Shown piece by piece: positions 10,614 through 18,554 of a DNA stretch of 64,000 nt (positions are counted from its first letter, which is position 1; each line of letters opens with the position of its first letter). A program made the position numbers and the translations under genes. Where the stretch lies: assembly GCA_019459085.1 (NCBI GenBank), contig JAIBEW010000034.1, positions 18,767 through 82,766 on the forward strand, given 5' to 3'. Source of the stretch: Kaistella sp. (GTDB lineage: Bacteria; Bacteroidota; Bacteroidia; Flavobacteriales; Weeksellaceae). A model generated the notes under the pieces. It saw only the letters and a program-made list of their open reading frames with translations, did not search any database and was not told the origin of the DNA.

Positions 10614-10712
10614 CGGTGTGAACAGGAACAGGAAACGAAAACCTTCTGCTCCAAAATAAAATAAAAATCAATACGCAGAAAGCATGATGCCGACTGTCAA
10701 AAGCATTACAAT

Positions 10713-12368
10713 ATGGAAGAACAATCGAAAATCTGGTGGCTGAACGAAGAGTCCGAACAAATGCTGAACCGCGGCTATTTACTGAAAGGGGAAACCGTTG
10801 ACGGCGCGATCCTCAGAATTACGTCTGCAGCCGCAAAAAGATTATACAAACCTGAGCTGCAGCCTGCTTTCGAGGAAATGATCAGGAAAGGCTGGATCAG
10901 CTTTTCGTCTCCCGTTTGGGCCAATATGGGAACCGAACGCGGTTTGCCGATTTCGTGCTTCAACGTGCATGTTCCCGATAATATCGAAGGAATCACGCAT
11001 AAACTCGGCGAAGTGATTATGCAGACCAAAATCGGTGGCGGAACTTCCGGATATTTCGGAGAGCTCAGAAACCGCGGAACTGCCGTAACGGATAACGGAA
11101 AATCTTCCGGCGCAGTGTCGTTTATGAAGCTTTACGATACCGCGATGGATGTGGTTTCGCAGGGCGGCGTCCGTCGCGGTGCTTTTGCCGCTTATCTGGA
11201 CATTGACCACGGTGATATTGAAGAATTTTTATCGATCAAGGATATTGGAAGTCCGATTCAGAACCTCTTTACCGGAATCTGTGTTCCGGATTACTGGATG
11301 CAGGACATGATTGATGGCGATATGGACAAGCGTAAAATCTGGGCACGCGTGCTGGAAAGCCGTCAGCAGAAAGGTTTGCCTTACATTTTCTTTACCGATA
11401 ATGTGAACCGGAACAAACCGCAGGTCTACAAAGACCACGGAATGATGGTGAATGCGAGTAACCTGTGTTCGGAAATCATGCTTCCTTCAAGTGCTGAGGA
11501 ATCTTTTATCTGCTGTCTTTCGTCGATGAATCTTGAGCTGTACGACGAATGGAAAGACACGAACGCCGTGAAACTGGCGATTTATTTTCTAGATGCTGTT
11601 TTATCTGAATTCATCGAGAAAACCGAAGGAAATTACTATTTAACCGGAGCCAGAAACTTTGCCCTTCGTCACCGTGCGCTTGGTTTGGGCGTTTTGGGCT
11701 ATCATTCCTATCTGCAGAAAAATATGATTCCGTTTGAAAGTTTTGAGGCAACACAGTTCAACGCGAGAGCGTTCAGACAGATTAAAGAACAGTCGTTGCA
11801 GGCATCACAGGAACTCGCCAATATTTACGGTGAGCCGGAACTATTGAAAGGCTACGGAATGCGGAACACGACCACAATGGCGATTGCTCCAACCACTTCC
11901 AGTTCAGCCATTTTGGGTCAGACTTCCCCGGGAATTGAGCCTTTTGCCTCGAATTATTACAAAGCCGGTCTGGCGAAGGGGAATTTCATGCGCAAGAACA
12001 AATACCTCGCGAAACTTTTGGAAGAAAAAGGACTCGACAATGAAGAAACGTGGAGAACCATTATGCTGAATCACGGTTCTGTGCAGCAGCTGAAGGAACT
12101 GACGGATGAAGAGAAAGCAGTTTTCAAAACCTTCAGGGAAATATCGCCAATGGAAATTATTTCGCAGGCCGCGCAAAGACAGCAGTACATCGATCAGGCA
12201 CAGTCATTGAATTTACAGATCCCGTCGACAATGCCGGTAAAAGATGTGAACTACCTCTACATCGAAGCTTGGAAAAAAGGAGTGAAAACGTTGTATTACC
12301 AAAGAAGTTCATCGGTTTCCAAAGAAATGATGGTGAATTTTGTAAGTTGTAGTTCTTGTGAAGCGTAA
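10713..12368 (+). CDS. nrdA: ribonucleotide reductase alpha subunit, short form without ATP-cone
   Basis: 551 aa. Motifs include SCFNVHVPDNIEGI, NLCSEIMLP and AIAPTTSSS, with a C-terminal CSSCEA redox tail. There is no N-terminal ATP-cone. Confidence 0.9.
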   Translation: MEEQSKIWWLNEESEQMLNRGYLLKGETVDGAILRITSAAAKRLYKPELQPAFEEMIRKGWISFSSPVWANMGTERGLPISCFNVHVPDNIEGITHKLGEVIMQTKIGGGTSGYFGELRNRGTAVTDNGKSSGAVSFMKLYDTAMDVVSQGGVRRGAFAAYLDIDHGDIEEFLSIKDIGSPIQNLFTGICVPDYWMQDMIDGDMDKRKIWARVLESRQQKGLPYIFFTDNVNRNKPQVYKDHGMMVNASNLCSEIMLPSSAEESFICCLSSMNLELYDEWKDTNAVKLAIYFLDAVLSEFIEKTEGNYYLTGARNFALRHRALGLGVLGYHSYLQKNMIPFESFEATQFNARAFRQIKEQSLQASQELANIYGEPELLKGYGMRNTTTMAIAPTTSSSAILGQTSPGIEPFASNYYKAGLAKGNFMRKNKYLAKLLEEKGLDNEETWRTIMLNHGSVQQLKELTDEEKAVFKTFREISPMEIISQAAQRQQYIDQAQSLNLQIPSTMPVKDVNYLYIEAWKKGVKTLYYQRSSSVSKEMMVNFVSCSSCEA

Positions 12369-12403
12369 TTGAGAACAAAGAACAAAGAATAAAGAATAAA
12401 GAG

Positions 12404-12690
12404 GAGCCAGGGCAAAAGTGTTCCGTAAAATGTAAAAGTAAAATGTACAGAAAGTTTCGTGGCTGCAGATAGTGCTGATTTTGGGATTTGTGCAATTTGT
12501 GTAAATATTGGTGTCCTTTGTTTGCGAGGAGGAGGTGGTCCCTGAGCGAAGTCGAAGGGAACGACAACGAAGCAATCCCCTCTCGGACTCCGATGCTTTA
12601 TTCAGACCGCAATTTTTTTGTGCAATTGGTGTAAATATTGGTGTCCTTTTGTGTTTAAGAAGGTATGAGTAAAGAACAAAGAGACAAGAC
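12404..12690 (+). repeat. composite intergenic element, copy I (modules A-B-D-C-D-A')
   Basis: Collinear with 17199-17527 and 18214-18488. Order: gagccagggcaaaag words, gtaaaatgtaaaag words, the tgtgtaaatattggtgtcctttgt module, the 90-nt C module, then aaagaacaaagaga words. Confidence 0.8.
12522..12612 (+). repeat. C module copy 1 (ttgcgaggaggaggtggtccctgagcgaagtcgaagggaac...gaagcaatccc...ttcagaccgc)
   Basis: About 94% identical by eye to 18297-18387. Flanked by 34-nt direct repeats at 12488-12520 and 12617-12650. Confidence 0.8.
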
Positions 12691-12693
12691 ATG

Positions 12694-12719
12694 ACCGCAG
12701 ATTTTTCTGCGGTTTTTTT
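12694..12719 (+). terminator. Rho-independent terminator (probable nrdA terminator)
   Basis: The stem accgcag (12694-12700) pairs with ctgcggt (12707-12713). Loop is attttt and a T7 run follows. Confidence 0.65.
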
Positions 12720-12920
12720 GTGTTTTTCCCCGTGTTCTGTGTAAATTCTCCGTGCCCTCTGTGGTTAAGAAGAGCAAGAGATGGTAAGCCATACGCAGGA
12801 GTTGATAACTAGCGTCCCAGCCTAAAGCATATAAGCCTAAAGCCAAAATGTCTGTGGTTTTTTATACCTTTTCTGTGTGCTCAGTGTGAATTCTTTTGTG
12901 TTCTCTGTGGTTAAAAGGTT

Positions 12921-13093
12921 AAAGAATCAAGAGCCAGGGCAAAGGTATCATGTAAAAGTACAGTAGGTTTTGTTGCTGCATATAGTGCTGGTTTAGATTT
13001 TGTGCAATTTGTGTAAATATTGGTGTCCTTTGTGGTTACAATAACAGGATTAAAGAGCAAAGAATAAAGAGTAAAGAACAAAGAGACAAGACA
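12921..13093 (+). repeat. composite intergenic element, copy IV (A-B-D-A', no C module)
   Basis: Collinear with 12404-12520 plus 12660-12690. It has a single D module (12998-13036) and no C insertion. Confidence 0.75.
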
Positions 13094-13097
13094 ATTA

Positions 13098-13121
13098 CCG
13101 CGGAATTTCTGCGGGTTTTTT
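13098..13121 (+). terminator. Rho-independent terminator (paralogous to 12694-12719)
   Basis: Stem ccgcgg/ctgcgg with one G.U pair, loop aattt, then a T6 run. The same aaagaacaaagagacaagaca lead-in precedes it as at 12670. Confidence 0.55.
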
Positions 13122-13123
13122 AT

Positions 13124-13131
13124 TATATTTG
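13124..13131 (+). promoter_or_regulatory. Bacteroidota -7 box (TAtaTTTG)
   Basis: Matches TAnnTTTG and ends 5 nt before the ATG at 13137. This would give a leaderless or near-leaderless mRNA. Confidence 0.3.
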
Positions 13132-13136
13132 AAGTG

Positions 13137-13739
13137 ATGAGAAACAAGGTTTTTATTTTTTCAATGTTCCTGGTTTTTACAGGAGTCTCCGCACAGAAAA
13201 AACAGATTTATGTGAATGACCAATTTGCAGAAATTCCTAAAGCTGAATTTATGCAGGGCAATAATGAAATATTCTACAATATTAATTTTGAGAAAGAAGA
13301 TACGGTGTACAACGTACGCGTTCAAAGGAAAACACAGGGGATGTTATCCGCTGAAGAAATGGCTGCGTTAAAAAGTAACCTCAACCATTCTTTGGAACGT
13401 CGTTTAGTCATCAGTTATTATCCCGGATTAGACGCATGCAACAAAAGTTCAGATAATAATCCTTATGTTATTTCAGACTTAAAATCGTACCCCAAAAAGT
13501 TCAAACAAGCAGGAGTTGATTTTCTGCTTCTTTACATCAACAGTGAAGGCCTGAAAAATAGGATGAAGAAGTTTGACTGGAAAGAAGATAAAGATCAATT
13601 TGTTCATAATATGTTCCTGAAAATTCATTATCCATGTGATTCATCCATTGTGCTTTTCCCAGACGGGCGCTTCGTCACTTTTAAGGGGGAACACAGTTGG
13701 GGAGACGTCTTTGATACCGCAGTATCTAAAAATAAATAA
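13137..13739 (+). CDS. hypothetical secreted protein
   Basis: About 200 aa with an N-terminal signal peptide (MRNKVFIFSMFLVFTGVSAQ). The ATG at 13137 is preferred over the GTG at 13134. No family recognised. Confidence 0.55.
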   Translation: MRNKVFIFSMFLVFTGVSAQKKQIYVNDQFAEIPKAEFMQGNNEIFYNINFEKEDTVYNVRVQRKTQGMLSAEEMAALKSNLNHSLERRLVISYYPGLDACNKSSDNNPYVISDLKSYPKKFKQAGVDFLLLYINSEGLKNRMKKFDWKEDKDQFVHNMFLKIHYPCDSSIVLFPDGRFVTFKGEHSWGDVFDTAVSKNK

Positions 13740-13754
13740 ACAAATCAGTACATT

Positions 13755-14639
13755 ATGAAATTCGGACAAGTAGAAGACCCTTCGCAAATTGATTTTACCC
13801 TTCCTGATGACCATCCCAAAACTGGGACAATCCTGAAGAAATCCAAAGCCAGAGACCTGGAAATCCGTATCGGCTGTGCGAAATGGAACAAAACCGACCT
13901 CAAAGGATTTTATCCGAAAGGCACGAAGGACGAACTGACCTATTACGCGACGCAGTTCAATTCCATTGAGCTGAATGCTACTTTTTACGGGATGCCTTCG
14001 CCTGACCAAGTCTTGACGTGGAAGGAAAAAACTCCGGACGATTTCAGGTTTTTCCCGAAGATTACCAACACGGTTTCGCATTTCCGCAGGCTGCTGAATA
14101 TTACCGATGTCGTGACCCAGTTTGCCACTTCGGTTCTGAATTTTGATGAAAAACTGGGGATGGTTTTCCTGCAGCTTCACGACAATTTCAAACCCAAAGA
14201 TTACGAAAGACTCGAAAAGTTTATCGAAGACTGGCCGGAAGAAGTCCCTTTGGGGGTAGAACTCCGGAACAGTGAGTGGTTTTCAGACGAGGAAGTGTTC
14301 AATACCACGATGGCACTTTTTGAAAAACACCGCATCACCAATATTATTGTCGACACCGCCGGAAGAAGGGATATGCTTCACATGAGACTCACGACACCGG
14401 TGGCGTTTGTGCGGTACGTAGGCGCCAATGCAGAAAGCGATTACACCAGACTCGACGACTGGCTCACGAGAATTGCAGAATGGAAAGCAGCAGGTCTTGA
14501 AAAACTGTATTTCTTTGTGCACCAGAATATAGAGAAAGCATCACCTTTGCTTTCGGCGTATTTTATTGAAAAAGTAAATAAAGAATTCGGAGTGGAGATT
14601 CATGTTCCGCAGATGGCGGAGCCGAAAACGTTGTTTTGA
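13755..14639 (+). CDS. DUF72 (YecE/UPF0759) family protein
   Basis: 294 aa. Characteristic motifs: IRIGCAKWNK...FYP, YYATQFNSIELNATFY, TPDDFRFFPKI. Confidence 0.8.
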   Translation: MKFGQVEDPSQIDFTLPDDHPKTGTILKKSKARDLEIRIGCAKWNKTDLKGFYPKGTKDELTYYATQFNSIELNATFYGMPSPDQVLTWKEKTPDDFRFFPKITNTVSHFRRLLNITDVVTQFATSVLNFDEKLGMVFLQLHDNFKPKDYERLEKFIEDWPEEVPLGVELRNSEWFSDEEVFNTTMALFEKHRITNIIVDTAGRRDMLHMRLTTPVAFVRYVGANAESDYTRLDDWLTRIAEWKAAGLEKLYFFVHQNIEKASPLLSAYFIEKVNKEFGVEIHVPQMAEPKTLF

Positions 14640-14784
14640 TAGAATCAAGAATCAAGAGCCAAGGCAAAAGTAAAATGTATAATTGTAGAATGCAAAATGT
14701 ACACGGGGTTTGTGCGACAGATTAAGCCGGGATACGGTGTTGTGCTTTTGGTGCAGAAATTTGTGTTCTTTGTGTTTAGGAAGG
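14640..14784 (+). repeat. composite intergenic element, partial copy (A-B-D)
   Basis: Heptads aatcaag aatcaag agccaag gcaaaag taaaatg tataatt gtagaat gcaaaat start at 14643, just after the stop. A D-like module (gtgcagaaatttgtgttctttgtgtttagg) follows. Confidence 0.7.
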
Positions 14785-15134
14785 CGGAAAGCTGGGAGAT
14801 GGAAGCCAGATGTGAGATCCTGCTGATTTAGAAAGATGAAGACTATGGTTAAGGTTAAGGAAACCATGCCTTTAGCAGGCTTTTAATATGCTTAAAGTAG
14901 GGATTAGGTATGGCTCAACCCCGGGAATGTTCTTTCTGTAAAGGGTTGAAAGGGTATTGATGAGGTAAAAATCGCTACAGAAAATAAATGTAAAATGAAC
15001 AAAGTATTCATGTTAAATGTACTGAATACGAGTACCACCAATACTAAAAAAGTCAAAGCCGCCAACTTTATGGCCAACGACTCTACCGCTTAACAACTAA
15101 CGACTGAACAACTTAACGGTTTCTATACTGCTAA

Positions 15135-15431
15135 TTACGCCAAAAACTCAATCTGTTTGTCTTTAAAGTCATTTTTCTCCACAAGTTTGTTCATGGTTTT
15201 CAGCATTTTTCTGCGGAGTTTTGCGATTTTCCGGATGTTTTTGTCGGGGCTGTAATCGAAGATGCTGTCTTCAAAGGAGAACGTGTCGCCTTCTGCAAAA
15301 CTGATGTCGTTTTTCTTTAGTTCTTTCAGAAGCATCAGATTGGTCATGGTTTCGAGCAGTTCATGTTCCAAAAAAGCCAGACTTTGTAGGGATTTCAGGA
15401 CCTCTTTCTTATATTTCTTTTTGTTTTTCAT
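15135..15431 (-). CDS. hypothetical protein (98 aa)
   Basis: Start taken at the internal ATG (MKNKKKYKK...). The 74 codons upstream in the track ORF run through low-complexity repeat words. Confidence 0.45.
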   Translation of the reverse strand: MKNKKKYKKEVLKSLQSLAFLEHELLETMTNLMLLKELKKNDISFAEGDTFSFEDSIFDYSPDKNIRKIAKLRRKMLKTMNKLVEKNDFKDKQIEFLA

Positions 15432-15472
15432 TTCTTGAATAATTGAGTCGGTAAAGATATTCAAAATTATTG

Positions 15473-15703
15473 GAAGATTGAAGAGCCATGGCAAAAGTAA
15501 AAAGAGCCAAGGCAAAAGGCAAAAGTAAACTGTACAATGTAAAAAGTAAAAAGTAAAATGTAAAAGGGGTTTAAGAGGGGAACTCTTGCAGGAGGAGGAT
15601 CTTGTGTCATTAGTGAAATAATTGGTGTGATTTGTGGTTAGCGGTAAGAGCAAAGAGCAAAGAAAAAAGTGAAAAGTACCAAATACGAAGTGCGAATTAC
15701 GAA
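15473..15703 (+). repeat. composite intergenic element, partial copy (A-B, C-remnant, D, A')
   Basis: Heptad blocks: gaagatt gaagagc catggca aaagtaa aaagagc caaggca aaaggca aaagtaa ... aatgtaa (15473-15563) and gagcaaa gagcaaa gaaaaaa gtgaaaa gtaccaa atacgaa gtgcgaa ttacgaa (15648-15703). The stretch cttgcaggaggaggatcttg occupies the C position. Confidence 0.7.
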
Positions 15704-15817
15704 AAATAGAGAAGTAGAACTAAAAAGCCAAAAGCACAAGACCAGAAAAACAAAACAACAAAATGCCCCTCAAAACAAAAAACAACATCGCCATTCTTCA
15801 CCAATGAATTTTTTACT

Positions 15818-15825
15818 TAAATTTG
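15818..15825 (+). promoter_or_regulatory. Bacteroidota -7 box (TAaaTTTG) upstream of glyA
   Basis: Matches TAnnTTTG about 105 nt upstream of the glyA ATG. No clear -33 element was seen. Confidence 0.25.
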
Positions 15826-15880
15826 AAACTCCAAATCTGATGGGGGATTTCTACAGTTTGACATCACATATTTGGCACCA

Positions 15881-15930
15881 ACATCAGACATCCAACACGA
15901 AACATCCAACACCTAACACCCAACATTTAA
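15881..15930 (+). repeat. CA-rich G-poor heptad leader abutting the glyA start
   Basis: Reads acatcag acatcca acacgaa acatcca acaccta acaccca acattta, then a-ATG. Confidence 0.75.
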
Positions 15931-17199
15931 ATGCAGGACCCGATTTTTGACCTTATTGAAAAGGAAAGACAGAGACAGACCCACGGAATTGAACTCATCG
16001 CTTCAGAGAATTTCGTTTCCGATAATGTGATGAAAGCCATGGGCAGCGTCCTCACGAATAAATATGCAGAAGGTTATCCGGGCAAAAGATATTACGGCGG
16101 CTGCGAAGTTGTGGACGAAGTTGAAAACCTCGCCATTGCTCGCGCTAAAGAGCTTTTCGGCGTGAATTATGTGAATGTACAGCCGCACTCCGGTTCCCAG
16201 GCCAACGCGGCCATTTATCTGGCCTGTCTGAAACCTGGCGATGCCATTCTTGGCTTGGATCTGTCGATGGGCGGCCACCTGACTCACGGAAGTTTCGTGA
16301 ATTTTTCAGGAATTCAGTACCAGGCAAATTTTTACGGTGTTGACCGTGAAAGTGGCCTTATCGACTATGATGCGATGCGCCAGAAAGCCCTCGAAGTAAA
16401 ACCGAAAATGATTATTGCAGGGTTTTCCGCCTATTCCAGGGATCTTGACTATCAAAAATACCGAGAAGTGGCTGATGAAGTGGGGGCTACTTTATGGGCC
16501 GATATCGCGCATCCGGCCGGTTTAATTGCCAAAGGGCTGCTTAATAATCCTTTTGAACACTGCCATGTTGTAACCACCACCACGCACAAAACCCTGCGCG
16601 GACCACGTGGCGGCATGATCATGATGGGCAAGGATTTTGAAAATCCATTTGGACATAAAACCCCTAAAGGCGAAACGAAAATGATGAGCGCGGTGCTCGA
16701 CAGTGCTGTCTTCCCGGGAATTCAGGGCGGTCCGCTAGAGCATGTGATCGGAGCGAAAGCCGTGGCGTTTGCGGAAGCCATCGATGAAAAGTTTGAAATC
16801 TACACAAAACAGGTCATTGCGAATGCTCAGGCACTTTCGAAGGCAATGGTGGACTGCGGTTTCAACATCGTGAGCGGCGGCACCGATAACCACCTGATGC
16901 TCATCGATCTGAGAAATAAAAATGTAAACGGCAAGGAAACCGAGAAAGCCCTTGTAAAAGCCGATATCACCTGTAACAAAAATATGGTGCCGTTCGACGA
17001 CAAGTCGGCCTTCACCACTTCAGGAATCCGTCTCGGAACGGCAGCCATCACCACGCGGGGTATGAAGGAAAATGACATGGAAATCATCGCCGGTCTCATC
17101 AATGATGTCGTGATGAACCTTAAAGACGACACCGTTATTTACGGAGTCCGCAAAAAAGTGAATGAACTCATGGATTCGCGGCCATTGTTTCAGTATTAG
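15931..17199 (+). CDS. glyA: serine hydroxymethyltransferase
   Basis: 422 aa. Canonical motifs: [39 protein letters not shown] (PLP lysine). Confidence 0.95.
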   Translation: MQDPIFDLIEKERQRQTHGIELIASENFVSDNVMKAMGSVLTNKYAEGYPGKRYYGGCEVVDEVENLAIARAKELFGVNYVNVQPHSGSQANAAIYLACLKPGDAILGLDLSMGGHLTHGSFVNFSGIQYQANFYGVDRESGLIDYDAMRQKALEVKPKMIIAGFSAYSRDLDYQKYREVADEVGATLWADIAHPAGLIAKGLLNNPFEHCHVVTTTTHKTLRGPRGGMIMMGKDFENPFGHKTPKGETKMMSAVLDSAVFPGIQGGPLEHVIGAKAVAFAEAIDEKFEIYTKQVIANAQALSKAMVDCGFNIVSGGTDNHLMLIDLRNKNVNGKETEKALVKADITCNKNMVPFDDKSAFTTSGIRLGTAAITTRGMKENDMEIIAGLINDVVMNLKDDTVIYGVRKKVNELMDSRPLFQY

Positions 17200-17527
17200 A
17201 GGCAAGAGGCAAGAGCCAAGGAAAAAGGCAAAAGTAGAAAGGATCTGTACAATGTAAAAAGTACAATGTAAAGCTGCTCCTGCGCAAAATTCAACATCGT
17301 CTTTGCGAGGAGGAGGTGGTCCCTGAGCGAAGTCGAAGGGAACGACGACGAAGCAATCCCATCTCGGAATCTGATGATTTATTCAGATTGCTGTTAATTT
17401 GTGTCCCTTGTGTAAATATTTGTGTTCTTTGTGGTTAATAGAGCAGTTGGGAATAAAGAATAAAGAGGAAAGAACAAAGAGAAAAGGCAAAAGAGCCAAG
17501 TAAAAAGTAAAAGGTAAAGAGGCTTCG
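17199..17527 (+). repeat. composite intergenic element, copy II (A-B-C-D-A'), 47 heptads in one phase
   Basis: See the findings. It starts inside the glyA TAG stop codon. Confidence 0.8.
17303..17392 (+). repeat. C module copy 2
   Basis: About 92% identical by eye to 18297-18387. Confidence 0.8.
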
Positions 17528-17643
17528 TTATAGACGTCGGGAGTTGCAGAAAGCAGCTTATCTACAAGCAATTAGATTCAGTCAATAATTTTGGCTGATT
17601 TTTTTTTAATTTTTAAAGAATCGCTGCTTTCCGGGATTCCGTT

Positions 17644-17651
17644 TAATTTTG
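17644..17651 (+). promoter_or_regulatory. Bacteroidota -7 box (TAatTTTG) abutting the heptamer array
   Basis: Matches TAnnTTTG and ends 1 nt before the CATCTAA array. A second match lies at 17586-17593. No clear -33 element was seen. Confidence 0.3.
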
Positions 17652-17713
17652 CATCTAACATCTAACATCTAACATCTAACATCTAACATCTAACATCTAA
17701 CATCTAACATCTA
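17652..17713 (+). repeat. perfect tandem heptamer (CATCTAA) x 8.9
   Basis: Eight perfect copies span 17652-17707, followed by the partial copy catcta. There is no G in the 62 nt. It ends 1 nt before the GTG start of recX. Confidence 0.95.
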
Positions 17714-17714
17714 C

Positions 17715-18191
17715 GTGGAACACAAATCCTACACTTTCCTTGAGATCAAACAGAAAATGGTGAACTACTGTGTTTATCAGGACCGCTGCCATCAGGAAGT
17801 GGAGCAGAAGATGCGGGATTATCTCGTTATTCCCGAAGCGAAAGAGGAAATCCTGCTCTATCTGATGAAGGAAAATTTCCTGAACGAAGAACGATTCACA
17901 CGCAGCTACATCCGTGGCAAATTCTACATGAAATCATGGGGAAGGAACAAAATCAAAAACCATCTCAAATTCAAAGGCATTTCTGAAAAGCTTATCAACC
18001 GGTGTTTCGATGAAATCGATGAGCAGGATTATGAGAACATCCTCAAAAAGATCTATGAAAACCATTATTCAAAGCAGAAAGGCCTGAAGGAATATCAGAA
18101 AAAATCCAAAACCATTACGTACCTGATTGGTAGGGGGTTTGAGTATGAGGAGATCAGGCGGGTGATGGAAGGTGATGAGGAGGGAATGTGA
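17715..18191 (+). CDS. recX: recombination regulator RecX
   Basis: 158 aa. The motif YCVYQDRCHQEVEQKM and the three-repeat helical layout are typical of RecX. GTG start; no ATG lies upstream in frame. Confidence 0.8.
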   Translation: MEHKSYTFLEIKQKMVNYCVYQDRCHQEVEQKMRDYLVIPEAKEEILLYLMKENFLNEERFTRSYIRGKFYMKSWGRNKIKNHLKFKGISEKLINRCFDEIDEQDYENILKKIYENHYSKQKGLKEYQKKSKTITYLIGRGFEYEEIRRVMEGDEEGM

Positions 18192-18213
18192 TCATGAGTT
18201 AATGAGTGGCGTT

Positions 18214-18488
18214 AGAGCCAAGGAAAAAGAAAAAGGATCATGTAAAATGTAAAAGTACAATGTAAAGGTGCTTCTGCGTAAAATTTGGCAGCGTCTTTGC
18301 GAGGAGGAGGTGGTCCCTGAGCGAAGTCGAAGGGAACTTCGACGAAGCAATCCCATCTCGGACTCGGATGCTTTATTCAGACCGCAATTTTTTGATGCAA
18401 TTGGTGTAAATATTCGTGTTCTTTGTGTTTAAGAGAGCAGTTGGGAATAAAGAGAAAAGAACAAAGAGAAAAGAAAGAAAAGCAAAAA
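18214..18488 (+). repeat. composite intergenic element, copy III (A-B-C-D-A')
   Basis: Collinear with 17213-17500 over its whole length. Confidence 0.8.
18297..18387 (+). repeat. C module copy 3
   Basis: ttgcgaggaggaggtggtccctgagcgaagtcgaagggaacttcgacgaagcaatcccatctcggactcggatgctttattcagaccgc. Confidence 0.8.
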
Positions 18489-18530
18489 GGGGTGTTTAAG
18501 GTAGGCTTTTTGGTGATGGTTTTTTTTACA

Positions 18531-18554
18531 CCGGTGCGATGCGCCGGTTTTTTT
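18531..18554 (+). terminator. Rho-independent terminator after recX and its composite element
   Basis: The stem ccggtgc pairs with gcgccgg (one G.U pair). Loop is gat and a T7 run follows. Confidence 0.55.

Noticed and set aside
12157-13147. - strand ORFs of 136, 127, 63 and 78 aa in the nrdA downstream spacer
   Set aside because: They translate the repeat modules (for example ...TKDTNIYTNCTK...). Frames and lengths are not conserved between the homologous copies at 17.3 and 18.3 kb.
15432-15653. N-terminal 74-codon extension of the 15135 minus-strand ORF
   Set aside because: The extension is the antisense of the A/B repeat words. The internal ATG at 15431 begins the non-repetitive part.
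15669-15950. 93-aa + strand ORF upstream of glyA
   Set aside because: It is a K/Q/T/N-rich translation of the AAG and ACA heptad words and runs into the glyA start.
12404-18488. MITE or IS interpretation of the composite elements
   Set aside because: There are no terminal inverted repeats and both ends are purine-rich on the same strand. Apart from the D segments around C copy 1, there are no target-site duplications. No transposase is present in the window.
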